NCBI RefSeq assembly: GCF_008831285.2
Contig: NC_045138.2
Span: 28,148,001-28,212,000, forward strand
Source: Nymphaea colorata
Taxonomy: Eukaryota
DNA length: 64,000 nt
Reading direction: 5' to 3'
The position numbers were made by a program, and so were the translations under genes. This document shows positions 51,051 through 64,000 of the stretch, one piece after another (positions within the stretch are counted from its first letter, which is position 1; every line of letters starts with the position of its first letter). Below the pieces are notes generated by a model. It had not been told where the DNA came from, searched no databases, and saw nothing but the letters and a program-made list of their open reading frames with translations.

Positions 51051-53940
51051 ACGAACTTCCACACTACTGCCTTCCCCTTGATGTTCGTGAGTGCTTCCTA
51101 TTATTTGATTTAGACTGTATATACTCCATGTGCTAAGGAAGGAACTTGTGACCACATAAGAGGAACATGTGGCCACCATCGCTAGATGCTTACTAGCAAA
51201 ACCACGAATGAAGGGTGCCCTCTCTTGGCAATGGCCTAAGAAACAGCACAGGTAGTCCGTCTGGATTCACAAGATGCCTGTTGTTGGAAACCAAAGCCAC
51301 CTGTAAGCTGCAGGATATTTGTCCATTCGACAAAGAGAAAATGGCCTGCTCACAGTCTGTGCATGGGATCCAAGGACTCATGGTTCGTTCACCCAACAAA
51401 TGGCCTTTAGCATCTCCATCGCGAACATCTCAAACTTCATAAGAGATGTCAACAAGCTGACAGATATGGCACCTGACTCAGTTTGTGGCATCAATCAGCA
51501 CAACAGAACCATGTTCGGTTCTTTTGCGCTTCGACTGCTGCATTGCCAAGGCGTCTGATTTTGTTGAAATAGACATCACATGGTACAGGGTGCACGACCC
51601 CGTGCAGCCAAGGCTCCATGAAGATGTGCTGGAAGAGATTGAGCACATGGGGCTGTTCAAATTTCAAGTATGGAGGGTTGCTACAATGGGGAAAGAACCA
51701 CAACGTTTATTCCTTGGGGTCCTGGGGATGAAGGAGAACCTCAAGGGAAGAATAGAGCAGTTTGTGAAACTATGTATACTCATAGAAGTCACCTGAACAA
51801 CTTATTTGATAGATTACAACTTGTTTTTTCTAGAAAATAGATTCTAATTGTCATTTCAACATGATTACATATATGTATGTATATATGTATAAAATATGGG
51901 CATCAACATTGTTTTACATAACAACACCTTGCTTGTTCTATTTTTCTCCAATACGTATTTGTTGAATGTGATATTTGCTAGGCATGTTTGTTCCTGTGTA
52001 GGTGCTTTCTTTGATATGGAAATCCATCTTGGAGTTGGGGTTATGGAGCTGTGGGAATGGTGGAGGAGGCACAGATTTAAGGTAAAATGGATAAGAAAAT
52101 ATTGGTTGCTGATCCTGCCTGTGTTCGTGGTGTTTATGGAAGAGTAGAAACACCCGAATGCATGATAGACAGGAAAGGACTGGTAAGAATGCGTGGTCTT
52201 GTTTATGGGATGATTTGAAAAATCCATTTGTTAAATTCCTGGAATAAGAAATATTATGCAGATTTGCTCTTTGCATGGCAACTGATCTGTGACCTGACGC
52301 GTGGCCATCATTCTTTGGACCGAAATGGATAATCTCTTCCATCCGTTTATATAGAAATATTGCTCATAAAATGGTTATTCATATTGCCGGATACAGAAGA
52401 ATATTTGTTTGCAGGAATGAGCTGGAGAAGGAGAAAGTTCAGAGAAAGCGTACTTGACTTGTTTTGCCGGATACATGAGAATACTTGTATGCTGTTTGAT
52501 TTGTTTTGCTTACTAAGTAGGGGCAATATCTCCCGGCAGGAATTGCATCGGAAACAGGAGATGAGAACTTAGATAATGTGTTATATATATATATATATAT
52601 ATATATATACCAGTTCTGTGTTGCTAGTCAAACTCCCAAGAACTTGCTACTACGTGGTCTGTTTCGTTGAGTAAAAGTTTCATTGTTATTTATAGAATAG
52701 AATATGACCGCAATGGTCTCTTTCAGCCTGCGTTTTTCTATACTTTTGAGAAGAGAAGCCATTTTTGGGCGGACCTAAAAATAAAACCGTGAGCTTGCTA
52801 AATGTAATTTAGTGCTAAAGGTAATATTGGAAAAAGCTGCGGTTAAAATTTTCTGTTTCACTGGATAATCATGCTCCTATTTGATAGTTTTCGTGGAAAG
52901 TGTGACTTATTAAGAAATCAAGTATGTTATTCCAGTTTTTTAGAATTATAGGTAAAATGTAAGCCTTACAATGAAAACCTGCCTGTGTAATATTCTATTC
53001 TGTTATTATAGAAATTCTAAGTGCGCTCTTGACATTGTTTTCAATTTCTTAATAATATCAAACATACCCCTAAGTCCAACGATCTGGGTTGTGAACAAAT
53101 AGTATATGCCTTCATCACTAAGCTATATTTTTATCATTTTTAAGTTTTTTTTTTTTTTTTTACCTCAAGTTATCAAAAGTCACTTGGAACTCTTATTTGA
53201 CAGCTTCGACGAAAAGTGTGGCACATATTGAAAAATTGCAAAAGATGGTTTGTGATGGTTCTGTGTGACTTGAGTGGATAATCCCTACAAAGTCTCATTA
53301 AATGTAAACCAAAAAGCCTTATGATAATATGTTCTTATTCTGGTTTCACATTTTAAATGGACCTTTCTATTGATAATTTCTGTTAGCGGTGAATTCTTTC
53401 AAAATTTTCTGGAAGGGGCGAATTTGTGTTGAAAATTTTCCCATTTTTCTGTTCTACTAAATCCGATTTTAACCCCGCCTCTAATGTATTTACTGTCTCG
53501 TATCTGAACATTTTGAAGGTCCCGTAGGTCAAAGCACAAACATTTTCTTTATGTATTTGAAGGACTCTTTGCACTCCTCTTGCCAACTGTTTCATGCCTT
53601 CACAAGATTAAGACTATCCGTTCCAATCACCACTCTTCCTTGGATTACTAAATTTATCTAGACTGTTAATGAATTAGATTTGGATATACATCTTATCATA
53701 TTTGATTTGTTTGGATGTTGACATGTTTCAAATCAATTTCAAATTCAAATGTGAATTGAAAAAAGTTTATACTATATTCAAATTCGATTTTTGGATTCAT
53801 AGTCTCAATTTGATCCTAATCCAACTTCTACTTTCACATATAAATCATACATTTAAATACACAAATACTAAATCTGAACTACATTATGACATGTTAAGAA
53901 CCGGCTATGGAAACTTGTTGATATTAGACGTAAGGATATT

Positions 53941-54400
53941 TGAAATGACCTGACCCACCTCCATGTCGGGCTCGGCCCCTTATTCTGATTGATCCCAACT
54001 CACCTCTTAGTAGTAGTTTGGGTTTTAACTAAAAGAAAAAAGATATAAATTAGAACAACTAACTACTTTAACAACCCTCCTTTATAAGTGGTTGAAAATC
54101 TCTGACAATTTTTTATGCTAGAATAAACTTTTCAAAATGAAACATTATAATCCACCCCATTAAGGTACACATGTTCACACACGTGAGACCATAAGTCCGA
54201 ATGTTAAACCATGCTCTGATACAACTGAAAGGACCTGACCCGCTCCAACACCAAGCTTGGGTCTATGATCTAGCGAATTCTGACACACCCCTAGAAGTTT
54301 CAGTTATAACCGAAAAGAATTCAGGAATTAGAACAACTAATCACTTTAACGATCTTCTTTATAAGTTGTTGAAGATCTCTCATAATTTTTAATACGATAT
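53941..54400 (-). mobile_element. Older degenerate copy of the same TRIM family
   Basis: Two diverged repeats starting TGAAATGACCTGACCC (53941) and TGAAAGGACCTGACCC (54226), PBS remnant GCTCTGATACAA (54213-54224), and an internal CACCCCATTAAGG...CCGAATGTTAAAC segment resembling 43503-43577. Confidence 0.72.
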
Positions 54401-55597
54401 TAATTATTTGTTTAAAATTAAACCGGAACTCAAATCCAATTCTAGATATGCCATTTCCAATCCAAACATCATGTAGTGCATGACATGCTAAGAACCAGCG
54501 TGGTTTAGTACCGTAAAGCGAAGCCAGGATGAGGACCCACCTGGGGTCCAACGAAGGGTGGCTAACGACCCAGCCATGTGACTTGCAAAGGCGAGAAAAA
54601 CTCAAAATCAATCAAGTGACGGGGCACTTGTCTCTTTTACTTTGGAATGCCTTTCTTTCACCATCAAACATCTACCCAACAATAATTTTAAAGATACACG
54701 TTCTAAATAACAAGTTGGTGTTCATGTGCGTTATCAGTTTGCCATTTCCTGGCCTATGAAATGATTTTGATGCTCTCTCTCTCTCTCTCTCTCTCTTAAT
54801 ATAATACAATTTCATGAAGTTATAAGATGCTGAAAACATATCTCCAATATTCCTTTCGGTTGGACCAACAGAATTCTAATAGCAAGGCAGCCTTAAAGGG
54901 TTGAACTTGACTGAAAGTGCGGCAGCGTCCGACTCGAGATTCGGAAGCCGACAGAAGACCGACTCCTTGATTGCCGTCTATCTTCTCAATCTCGTTTGTC
55001 CGAGTAGCGTGAGATGGACGACTGTCATGTCATGGCTGTACAAAAAGAAGGTTGCCGTACCAAGCATTCCCCGAGGACTTAGATCACCGTCCATTCCCTT
55101 TTACTACGTAACTTTTATCGTATCAACGGGGTTGCCCGTGAATCTGGAGCGCTGTTTGGATCTGACTGACCCGTTACAGATGTTCCGCTTGGATGCATGC
55201 CTAGTTATTTGGCATCGCATTTGTTAGGACCTATAAATGCTACAGGAACTAAATGACCCTAATAATATTATCGAGTATCATGCATATCACCATTTATAGT
55301 CCAAATGAATATCATCTATGTAAATCATATTGAAGATGCATCATCTACACAACCCTCAGTCTGTCGATCTATTCTACGCCCCTCTATCGAATCACTGGGG
55401 GATTGGTATTCGAAAATAGTATACGAGCATCAGACTGATGACCAGACTTTCTCTTGCTCACCAGTCCAACCAGTTATGCTACGTCTCTTGGGGTGGCTCA
55501 CTCTTAGTTATGTCAAGACATCTAAATTTAAGGGGGTAAGTGCCCTTAGCTTACACATAGCTATGCTATTGTTTTATATCACATATCCTAAATAAGT

Positions 55598-55639
<42 letters not shown>

Positions 55640-58005
55640 AAGCCTTCAAGCTGAAGGAGGTCAAGATCTGGATATACAAAGTACATGACCCTTATTGCAA
55701 GTGCAAAATTTCATGTCGAACAAAGAGGATGAGCGATGAGAAGGAACAGTGTTATTGAACATTTGATTAGAGAAAAATCAGTGTGCTATTGAAACACTCA
55801 GTTCCAAACCACTTTGTTCTTAGAAAACATACTGCAATTACGGTTGTTGCTTTCAATTTGGACCACCAAACACTGAACGTAATAACGATATACGTTTTAT
55901 AAACCAAGGATATAATATTCTTCAAACATGTTTTTCTTCTTACTAGACGTCCTCACAAAAAAGATATTAAAGTTTGAACAATCAATGAAAACAAAAACCT
56001 GAACACTTATCTCCATGCTTAGCCAACCAAGTCACATTCAAAAAATTCAGTTACAGGTTTTCGTTATTTGTATATGATTTTACCTTTCATAAAGGTGTTG
56101 TCAAAATCCGTTTCTGAATTTGCCAGCAAGAAAGCAAAGGAACTTAGAAAATGATCGCCTGAATCGAACCAGAATTGGAATAGATTAAGATTTAAGAAGC
56201 AAATAGAAAATAAAAATGCATATTTTTACATGCAGAACGAAAGGAAAAAAAAAAACCTTTAAAAATTCGGGATATTTTCTTTCTTTCTTTTGACTAGTCT
56301 TTTGTCAGCTCCTTCATTAGACGACCAGCTCCTAGTGCATTGATCCATCCCTCATGTTATGCATCAATAATGGATCCAAAGTGGGTCTAATAATGCATGT
56401 GAAGTTGTGAACGTTCGGTTCTTGAACAAATTCTTATCCTAAGAAGACAAGGTCAAATGCTGGGACCTTCTTTCGTGGTTTGTACGCATATATTTTATTA
56501 GTGTATGGAACTTGATCCATACTGGACACTCGTATGCAATACCGCGGACGTATGAGATTATTGCTCCGAACCACGTAAATCTTTGTCTTCTTCCTTGTTG
56601 ATTCTATCCATCTCTTGAGAGTGTGAGAGTAGAGTTTTGTGTGTTGTTCCTAACATATTCAAGTAGCAGCAATTTGTTTCGAAGTGAATATCAAGCATTG
56701 CTTGAATTTGCATGCCACTTTACACCACTTTTAAGATCTGAATAAAATTGAATTCACACGGAAGCTTCTTCCTTTTCTCTTTTAGCAGGGCCTTTAGTGG
56801 TAGGCTGGGTTAAAAAAGAACTGTTAATGGTCCACATGAGCAGTTGGTTTCTTAGCAAACCTTTGAAAACGAGAAAGCCAGAAAAACTATGCTTCTTCCA
56901 AAGCAGAAAAGGAGAAAAACAAAAAAAATCTTCTTTGGTAATGAAAAATCATAAAAGGTCTCCAATGTTTGAGTAAATAACAAATCATCGTCCAACTTTT
57001 AAAAGTTAATAAATGAACACTGATTTGAAAGGAATTCTTATAGAGCTGCCTACTAATTAAAAAAAATATTAATTTTTGACGTACATAACAAGATATCTTG
57101 TGCTTGCTGGATCAACTGAAGGATGCATGTGTATTTTCATTGCATGGCTCTAACAATTTCTATAAAAAATTATTGAGTGCCAAATGTTTAACTTTCAAAA
57201 GTTAAGCAATTATATGTTATTTGCTTAAATTTTATAACTATTTTTGAAAATATTTCAGAAATGCTTATTTTCATACTTCAGGAAACCAATTTGCATGTCC
57301 AGATTTCAGAACACTAGCGATTGATTTGAGTTCTATAGTTGCCTTCTTACTTGTGCATCCTTGATTAGCAAAGGAGAGGCTTCCAGGGTTCTATAAACAA
57401 GAGACTGGCAGCGTTTAGTTGAATGAAAGTAATTTCCATTTTCCTAACAAGGAAAAAGAGAAAGGAAACCCTTATATTGTCTCTGCTAATCTTTTTCATT
57501 TTCAAGGAAAAACTAATCTGCTGTTTGGATTCCACTGTATGAAATTTGGGTCCGGAGCCTATTTCAAACCCAGATCCAATTTACATACAGTTCGACATTT
57601 ATATGTAATCATGTCAGAGATTTATCGGATCGCAGTCGAGTGACAGATTCAGATCTACATTCAGTTACGAAACCGCATACGATATCGGAATCTCAGTAGT
57701 GATCATATCAAAATTCAATATCAGATCAAACAATATCCATCACAAATTCAGACTACAAAGTCTATTTTGGCGCCCATTCTTCATGCATGCATAATGAGCA
57801 CATGCATCAAGCCTCTCGTGGTCCTAAATACTTAATAAATATCATAACGTATTAAGTTAAGTACTTAAAAATATTATAACATATACGTATAAAAAGGACC
57901 TTTCTTGTTAGTATAGTTGATTTCCTAACTCTTATTTTTTCTAGCATCAAAACCCCAAGGCAAAAGCCAAACTCTGGTTCCTGAATCAAAGACAAATTGC
58001 CTGGA

Positions 58006-58080
58006 GGGGTGTAGCTCAAACGGACGGATCTGGGGCTAATTGGAGGTGTGTCTCTAGTTCGAACCCCACCACGAGGGGCT
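58006..58080 (+). mobile_element. tRNA-derived SINE-like head (Pol III A/B boxes)
   Basis: A-box-like TAGCTCAAACGG (58012-58023) and B-box-like AGTTCGAACCC (58056-58066) at tRNA-like spacing, but no convincing cloverleaf. Confidence 0.5.
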
Positions 58081-58164
58081 ATGCTCCTATATCTTAAGGG
58101 AAAGGGAGGTGAGTCATACATGCAAGTTGAAACATGTGGATATCTCGCTACTGGTACCGACACA

Positions 58165-58315
58165 CAGGGGCAGAGGAAGGGGGGGCCGCCTAGGCCGTGG
58201 CCCCACCTCAACTAATTGAAAAGAAAAAGTTACATCAGGTTTAGTTTGGCCCTACCTGGATTAGTTATTTGGATCGTTTGGCTCGCCCCTAAAAAAATTC
58301 CTCGCTCTGCCCATG
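58165..58315. mobile_element. 151-bp hAT-type MITE
   Basis: TIR CAGGGGCAGAG / CTCTGCCCATG; perfect 8-bp TSD CCGACACA (58157-58164, 58316-58323). Confidence 0.85.
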
Positions 58316-61040
58316 CCGACACAACTCTAGATGGTAAGAGCAAGGAGAAGCAAAGGGACTTCGGCTCTCACTTGGGGTGGGTGGGAGGATAACCCTATTG
58401 CTCACCCGGAATCAACACAAATCCAATCGAACAGACCTGCAATCAAATCCAAAACTCATTTATTTAGACTTTGGATCATGTTGCCAGATTCACTTCAACA
58501 GAATGGAAATCGAATTGGTAATCGTAAACGAGCTAGATTGGGTTAGAGGAAATACATCGGAAGTGGGTCCGAATGGGATCAGAAGCTGCCAAAGTATATG
58601 CAAAACTTCAAAAATGTACCTGACCGAATTATAGTTAAACCAGCAGAAGATACTTGTTTGATGGACTAATAATGCCAAGACCGGCCATCGCAGGCCCACC
58701 CACATGGTCAGATCCGGGTTTGATTATCCGACTTTGCCGGGATTTCAAGTTTTATAGTCTTACAGAACATGGGGATCAAGGATCAGCGTGATTGCATAAT
58801 TTTTGCACAATTACACCACAAAAGATAAATTTGTAGTTTTTTTTTTCTCTCCCTGAAAATGCAATCGAAATTATTAGATTTTTTTTAAAAAAAAAAACAG
58901 AAAAAACATTGCTTGTTAGATGGATAAAGGAAATGCGGCAACTTTTACAATTTCAGAAAATTCTGTGACGATGGATCTTTTGTCTTTAACATCAAGAAGA
59001 TGATGAAGGTTTTAGGTCCTAAAGCATATAAATCGCATGCGTGTGATGAAAATCTAGAACATGATTTCTGTTGGCTAAGTTCAACATTAAAAAAGGAAAC
59101 AGTTCAGAATATCCAACTAAGAAAGCAAATTCTATGGTGGTTCCAGGGTCCTAACCAATTCTCTGCTGAGTTCTTGAATGAATTTTATAATGCTGGAATG
59201 AGCAAAGGGCCAATGAGGTTGATGGAAACAAGTGGAGGAGGATGAGTTAGTTGGGGGAGTTGATCACCTTGCCTACAAGAAATCAAAGAGGGGTTAGGAC
59301 TTGGGAGAAGTTTATGAACAAATCCACACGCAATGCTGTCACACCGACTCGACCAAGTCTCCAAACGCGGCTTCATACACTTTATATTTGCATAGTCTGT
59401 AATTTTCACATTTCTAACTATTTCTCAAGTTCATGATCAGGGTTTTACAATGTTTGAGCGTTTGAACGTAAACTAAGTTTTTTTGGCAAGGGAAGGAAAA
59501 ACATTTTTACACTTACTCATGTCTTAGTAGATAAGAAGCAAGTGGTTCATATCGCTCATCCAAGATCAAGATAGATGTGGAGTTGCATGTCTAAAACCCG
59601 AAAGACGAAGATGGAATCATCTTTTTTCGTTATATTGATCACATTTTAGATCCTCACTTGTCCTGTCGATGCATGAAAAAAGTGTTGGTTCTTATGTTCT
59701 TCAACGGAGAGATCATACGTACTCAGTAAATCGGAGACAAAACTCTCGACTACGCTTCTACAATATTCTTTAGTCAAGCTTTAGAGCTAGTCTTTAACGA
59801 GGGGAGTCGATTTCTCTTGAAATGAAAAGTGGAGGGCGGATTTGAGAGGTTCGAAAACCAAACAGCGAAGTCGCAGAACAGTTGGTATGGTTTTGACTCG
59901 TGAATCAGAGCCCGTTCTATTCATGGACGTGCCTTGTGCTGGACGAAACATCAAGGGTGGAAACCGCAGGACCGGACTGACCTGCTAGGGCCCAGCGCGG
60001 CTGAGCCAACTCTGACTCGCCGAAAGCTCCGCCGCGTTCCCGTCCGGCCGCCGCCGCGTTCTTGTCAGAAGCGATACGGTTGATTGACTCTCTTTAGGAC
60101 CGACTACTTCTACATGGTCGGCTAGAAACTCGTTTCTAGTTAATAAGATCAGATCATTTTTAGAGCATGCATATATGAATGAAGCTTATTTCTAATGATA
60201 GTTTTATCTTTGAAAAGCTTCGGTCCTACCAACTACACATTGTTCGATTATATATGATTTGTTTACTCATTTTGGTGTCATGTTCTTCCTTTCACTTTGC
60301 TTTATTTCTCCAATTTCTTCCATTTTTCTTCCCTTCCACAATCATTTAGCATTGGACGCATTGTTTGCCAATATTTATCTGGTAACATATTAATCATGAA
60401 CCAATCCTTCATCAGTATTCTATCTCCGTCCATTGCGGCTGAGATAGAGAAATCCAAGGTCCGCTGCTGTAATATAAGCAACTGTTCTGATTCACACAAA
60501 AAAAAAAAAAGGAAATTCGTGCTGTTTGTTGTGTTCTTACTAATGACAAGCTCCATAAATTCTTCTACTTCTTGTACATATCTTGGATTACACCGGGTGA
60601 AGAGAATGAATCTCAAAGCCGGACCTTATAATTTCATGAGCATATAAACATATAGTAAAACAATTATACATCAAAATGTAAGAGTTAATAAAAATTATAT
60701 CCCATGATTCCCATTCCCTACTTGTAAGTTACCTGGGTTGGTTTAGAATGACGTCTGGGTTGGAGAATTTCATTTTAGCCGTACCAACACGTAAGGGTCT
60801 GGATTGTCAATTCAGTTCTCTAGATCCAAAGAGAAAATTAAGTTTCGGGCTGACTAGATCCGGACTCGATTCAACACTTACAGGCATATGTATTTAGGTC
60901 ATTTGTCACACACAATATTTGTAAGTCGAAACATTTCTATTTTAGATTTCTGTCTCGCCCCATAGATTTGAGATCCAAAAACAGGAGATCTAGGACATAC
61001 TGCTCACAAAATGTACTCAAGGAAACTCTCCTCCAACCAG

Positions 61041-61100
61041 GGGCGAGGACTCGCATGGGCTTTGGCCCTAGGGCGAGGACTCGCATGGGCTCTGGCCCTA
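61041..61100 (+). repeat. 30-bp tandem duplication at the end of a probable CAGGGGCG-type MITE
   Basis: GGGCGAGGACTCGCATGGGCT(T/C)TGGCCCTA x2, preceded by CAG and followed by an AT-rich tract. Confidence 0.85.
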
Positions 61101-64000
61101 CTTCAAATTTTTATTTAATTTACATGTAAATTTTAAAAAATTTCACGTGTTTTATATAAAATTTCTGAAAAATGATATTTCAGCCCTAGTCAAAATTTAT
61201 CAACTTTAATTCGGCCAGTCACATAAAAAATTTGTGGCTTCGTAGATGCATTGTTGGGTGCACAAACTCATATGCCAAAAGAATAAGGGATATTTTGGTA
61301 ATTATTTAAAAAGGTTTTTAATCTTTTCACTTTTTTCGATTTCCTTTTTTGTTCTTACAAAAAGTTTTCTTTTTCTATTAATCGGATCGGAGATATGTTC
61401 GTCCGACACACGAAAATTTCATGCACCGCACCAATATAACATACATAACCAGCTTCGCCCTCCAATAGCCACAAGCTCGACCATTCTTGAACTCTTATTT
61501 ATCTGTTCATCTTCTTAAAGACAACGCGAAAGGCTACTGCTCCTTGGAAGAACTCCATTTCCAGGTTTTGTTCTAATAATTCTATACACAAAAAATCCTT
61601 TGAGCTTATTGCTAGAATATCTCGTATTATTTTTCTTTAATTTTAAAATGTCGATGGATCATTCAAAAGTAAAAATGAAGGAAGTGGTGCAGCGTGTCGA
61701 CAAGAAACCTAAACTGACAACGAAAAGCGTTAACCTGGCAACGTCAATGTGATGATTTTAGAGCCCAAATGAATTAATTACTTCATTATTGACCCAAAAT
61801 TTATGGTAGATAAATTATGATATATATGGAATTCAATGGCCAATTAAGTGGGATTTTCCTTCCTCGTTCTTAACATAATTACTGTGAAGTCCGGGCTTCC
61901 GATTTGTAGCTTCAAATAATGGATCGTGAATCAATGGTTCGGGTCCGGACCCTGACCTCATCACCAACCCGAATCATGCAACTGGATATGGCCGACCGTA
62001 TATATCTGATGCACACAAAATATATATTATATTGCTGAGGATATCAAATAACTAAAAGAGTGTTCAATACTACAAGTTATATGATAGAAACGGATCTAAG
62101 CGTCAGTTTCTGATCAATGTGTGACAAGTGTCAATATAAAAAGTATATTTTATATCAACACGTCAAATCATGTCCTCTGATGAAAAACATGAACTCCTCG
62201 GCACTATAGTGACAAATTTCCCGATATCCTACAAGATGCTCACGAGAATATCATGTTCTTTTTCAAATTCCATCCAATCGAAAAGATCCAGCCGCGTCAA
62301 GTTTCGCAAGTGGAATATTTTTGTGATTATGAAATACGGATTATCAGACGCATTTTTGTTTTTTTAATCACGAAAAGATTGAGAATAATTGCTTCCCCTT
62401 CAATAGTTCAGTTCATTTTAAATATCGGGGGACCTTTTTTTTCATGGTTTTAAATTCAGAATCCGAATCTGAGTTCATAACTAATTTGAATCTGAATCCA
62501 AATCTCGCGTAACTACTGTTTGATCCAATGACAAGGGAAAAACGGACCCTGCATGTTACATGTGAATTGCACAAATGGATCACGCCACATCCAAATCCAA
62601 TTAAGTCAAAGATTACAAATCCGAATCTGGTCCACGAAGATATAGGCACAGTATTCTAAGATCCATGTCTGAAATTATAACGTAATGGAGTTCGGGCAGT
62701 GGAAGAAAACGGAGCCCGAAATCCAAAAGCACAGAGTTTCGCTATGGCGCGGGGGTTTGCCTCCATCAGAAAAAAACCCTTGTTGGCAGAACCGTCCATC
62801 GTTAAGATACACGGTGTAGAATTGAGCGCATGGTGTTACCGTGCTCGACAATTTCGTTTATCCGCCCCTTATCAACTGCGGTCCCTAATTTTTACCGTCG
62901 ACGCCCGGCGCGTCATGTTCTAAAAAAGCCCCGGCGAGAACTCGAATATTACAAGCCGGAAGGGCTGACGGCTCCGGCTCGTCCCAACTAAACCCTAGCT
63001 TTTCAACTTCACGTGAAATTCTCAAATCCTTTGATTAGTTCATACTATTTTTTAGAAGTACTTTGAATCTCTAAGCAAACTCTACATTAATCTGATGTTT
63101 TGACATAAAATGCCTTTTTGAGAGCAAATGGTAACTCGGGACTCGATCGAGCCGGTCAAGGGTAGACCCGATCTCGAGGCGAGACCATTGACGAAGGCCT
63201 TGGTCTAGTCAGCAGAGCCAAGCGGGTTCAGCCTTTTCATGCACCAACCCAACTGAGTCAAAAGTTATGAGCTTGCTTTATGCTAAGTAAAAAGAGAGAC
63301 ATGACTTTAGCTGAGTGATGAGGCAAAAGCCAAGCCAAGTGAGAAGAGATAAAAGAATGGAGTATGAGAGAAGGCAACCCCCCCTTCAATATTAGATAAT
63401 TAGGTTATGAATAGTGGGACTAACTGGACCTAACTTTATCCTCCCTTTCCCATACCAGTCATACCCAACCCTCTAAACAACCCCCCAAGTTAACCTATAA
63501 AACACTCTTCCTACCAGGCAATGGGACCCACCATGTATTATTCCTCATATAATAGGAATAATTATCTCCCTTTTTTTCTTCTCACTGTTTCCTTTTGGGC
63601 TTTTCCCTTCAACTAAAACACATATTCACTGACACCAATTTTCTCAACTTAAGTTTTTGTTTGGGACTTTTCTCTAAGCAGAATGACAGAAACAGTGAAC
63701 AAAGCAGGGAAAGATGTCAAGGTTCATGGGACCTTTCTTTGCTCAATAATTACTATTTACTGCACAGAGTATGTATGTACATGAATTTTGGATCTAAACA
63801 TTGGATCTGAAAGCCAAATAAATGGTTTTCTGATAATGAATCAATTAAATAGGCATTTAAAATCTCATTGTATTTATATGTACATGCAATGGATCTTTTT
63901 ATTTCTTGATTGTTGATTAATGACAGTGAGCATGGGGAAGGGGTTTAGGATGTTGGAAAAAAGCAAATTTAGCTTGGGATTACGTATTAGTCGGGTGCTT

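Noticed and set aside
52517..52540. TAGGGGCAATATCTCCCGGCAG resembles a miR399 target or IPS1-type mimic site
   Set aside because: Several mismatches and indels, single copy, located in decayed repeat-like DNA with no supporting transcript.
51190..52570. Cluster of short ORFs downstream of the copia remnant
   Set aside because: No recognisable domain or coherent splice pattern; probably decayed repeat sequence.
58006..58080. tRNA gene
   Set aside because: A and B boxes are present but acceptor and anticodon stems cannot be formed; treated as SINE-like.
61041..61100. 30-bp direct repeats superficially like a CRISPR unit
   Set aside because: Only two abutting copies, no spacers, eukaryotic context, no cas genes.
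62930..63000. GC-rich patch with a telo-box (AAACCCTAG) suggesting a promoter
   Set aside because: No downstream exon can be supported within the window.

Overview
Plant (angiosperm) nuclear genomic DNA: AT-rich, with GT-AG introns, microsatellites and many small transposons. The ORF track is mostly exon fragments or noise. Six intron-containing genes could be assembled by hand with in-frame splice junctions: the 3' part of an organellar RadA/Sms-like gene (+, 1010-4101, 5' end outside the window), ATP-dependent 6-phosphofructokinase (-, 14 exons), Nudix hydrolase 8-like (-, 10 exons), a PPPDE/DeSI-like peptidase (+, 4 exons), mitochondrial processing peptidase alpha (-, 13 exons) and type-B histone acetyltransferase HAT1/HAG2 (-, 10 exons). 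The last ~16 kb contain no gene I can support and hold a decayed Ty1/copia element, a degenerate TRIM, MITEs and a SINE-like head. I found no convincing novel biological system. The best observations are a complete 458-bp TRIM retroelement nested inside a hAT-type MITE whose empty-site relative is in the same window, a set of small DNA elements with readable TIRs/TSDs, a putative 3'-UTR intron 52 nt after the MPP-alpha stop, an E2F site just upstream of HAG2, and an unexplained GC-rich island at ~10.9-12.0 kb. All calls are by eye, with no database searches run.
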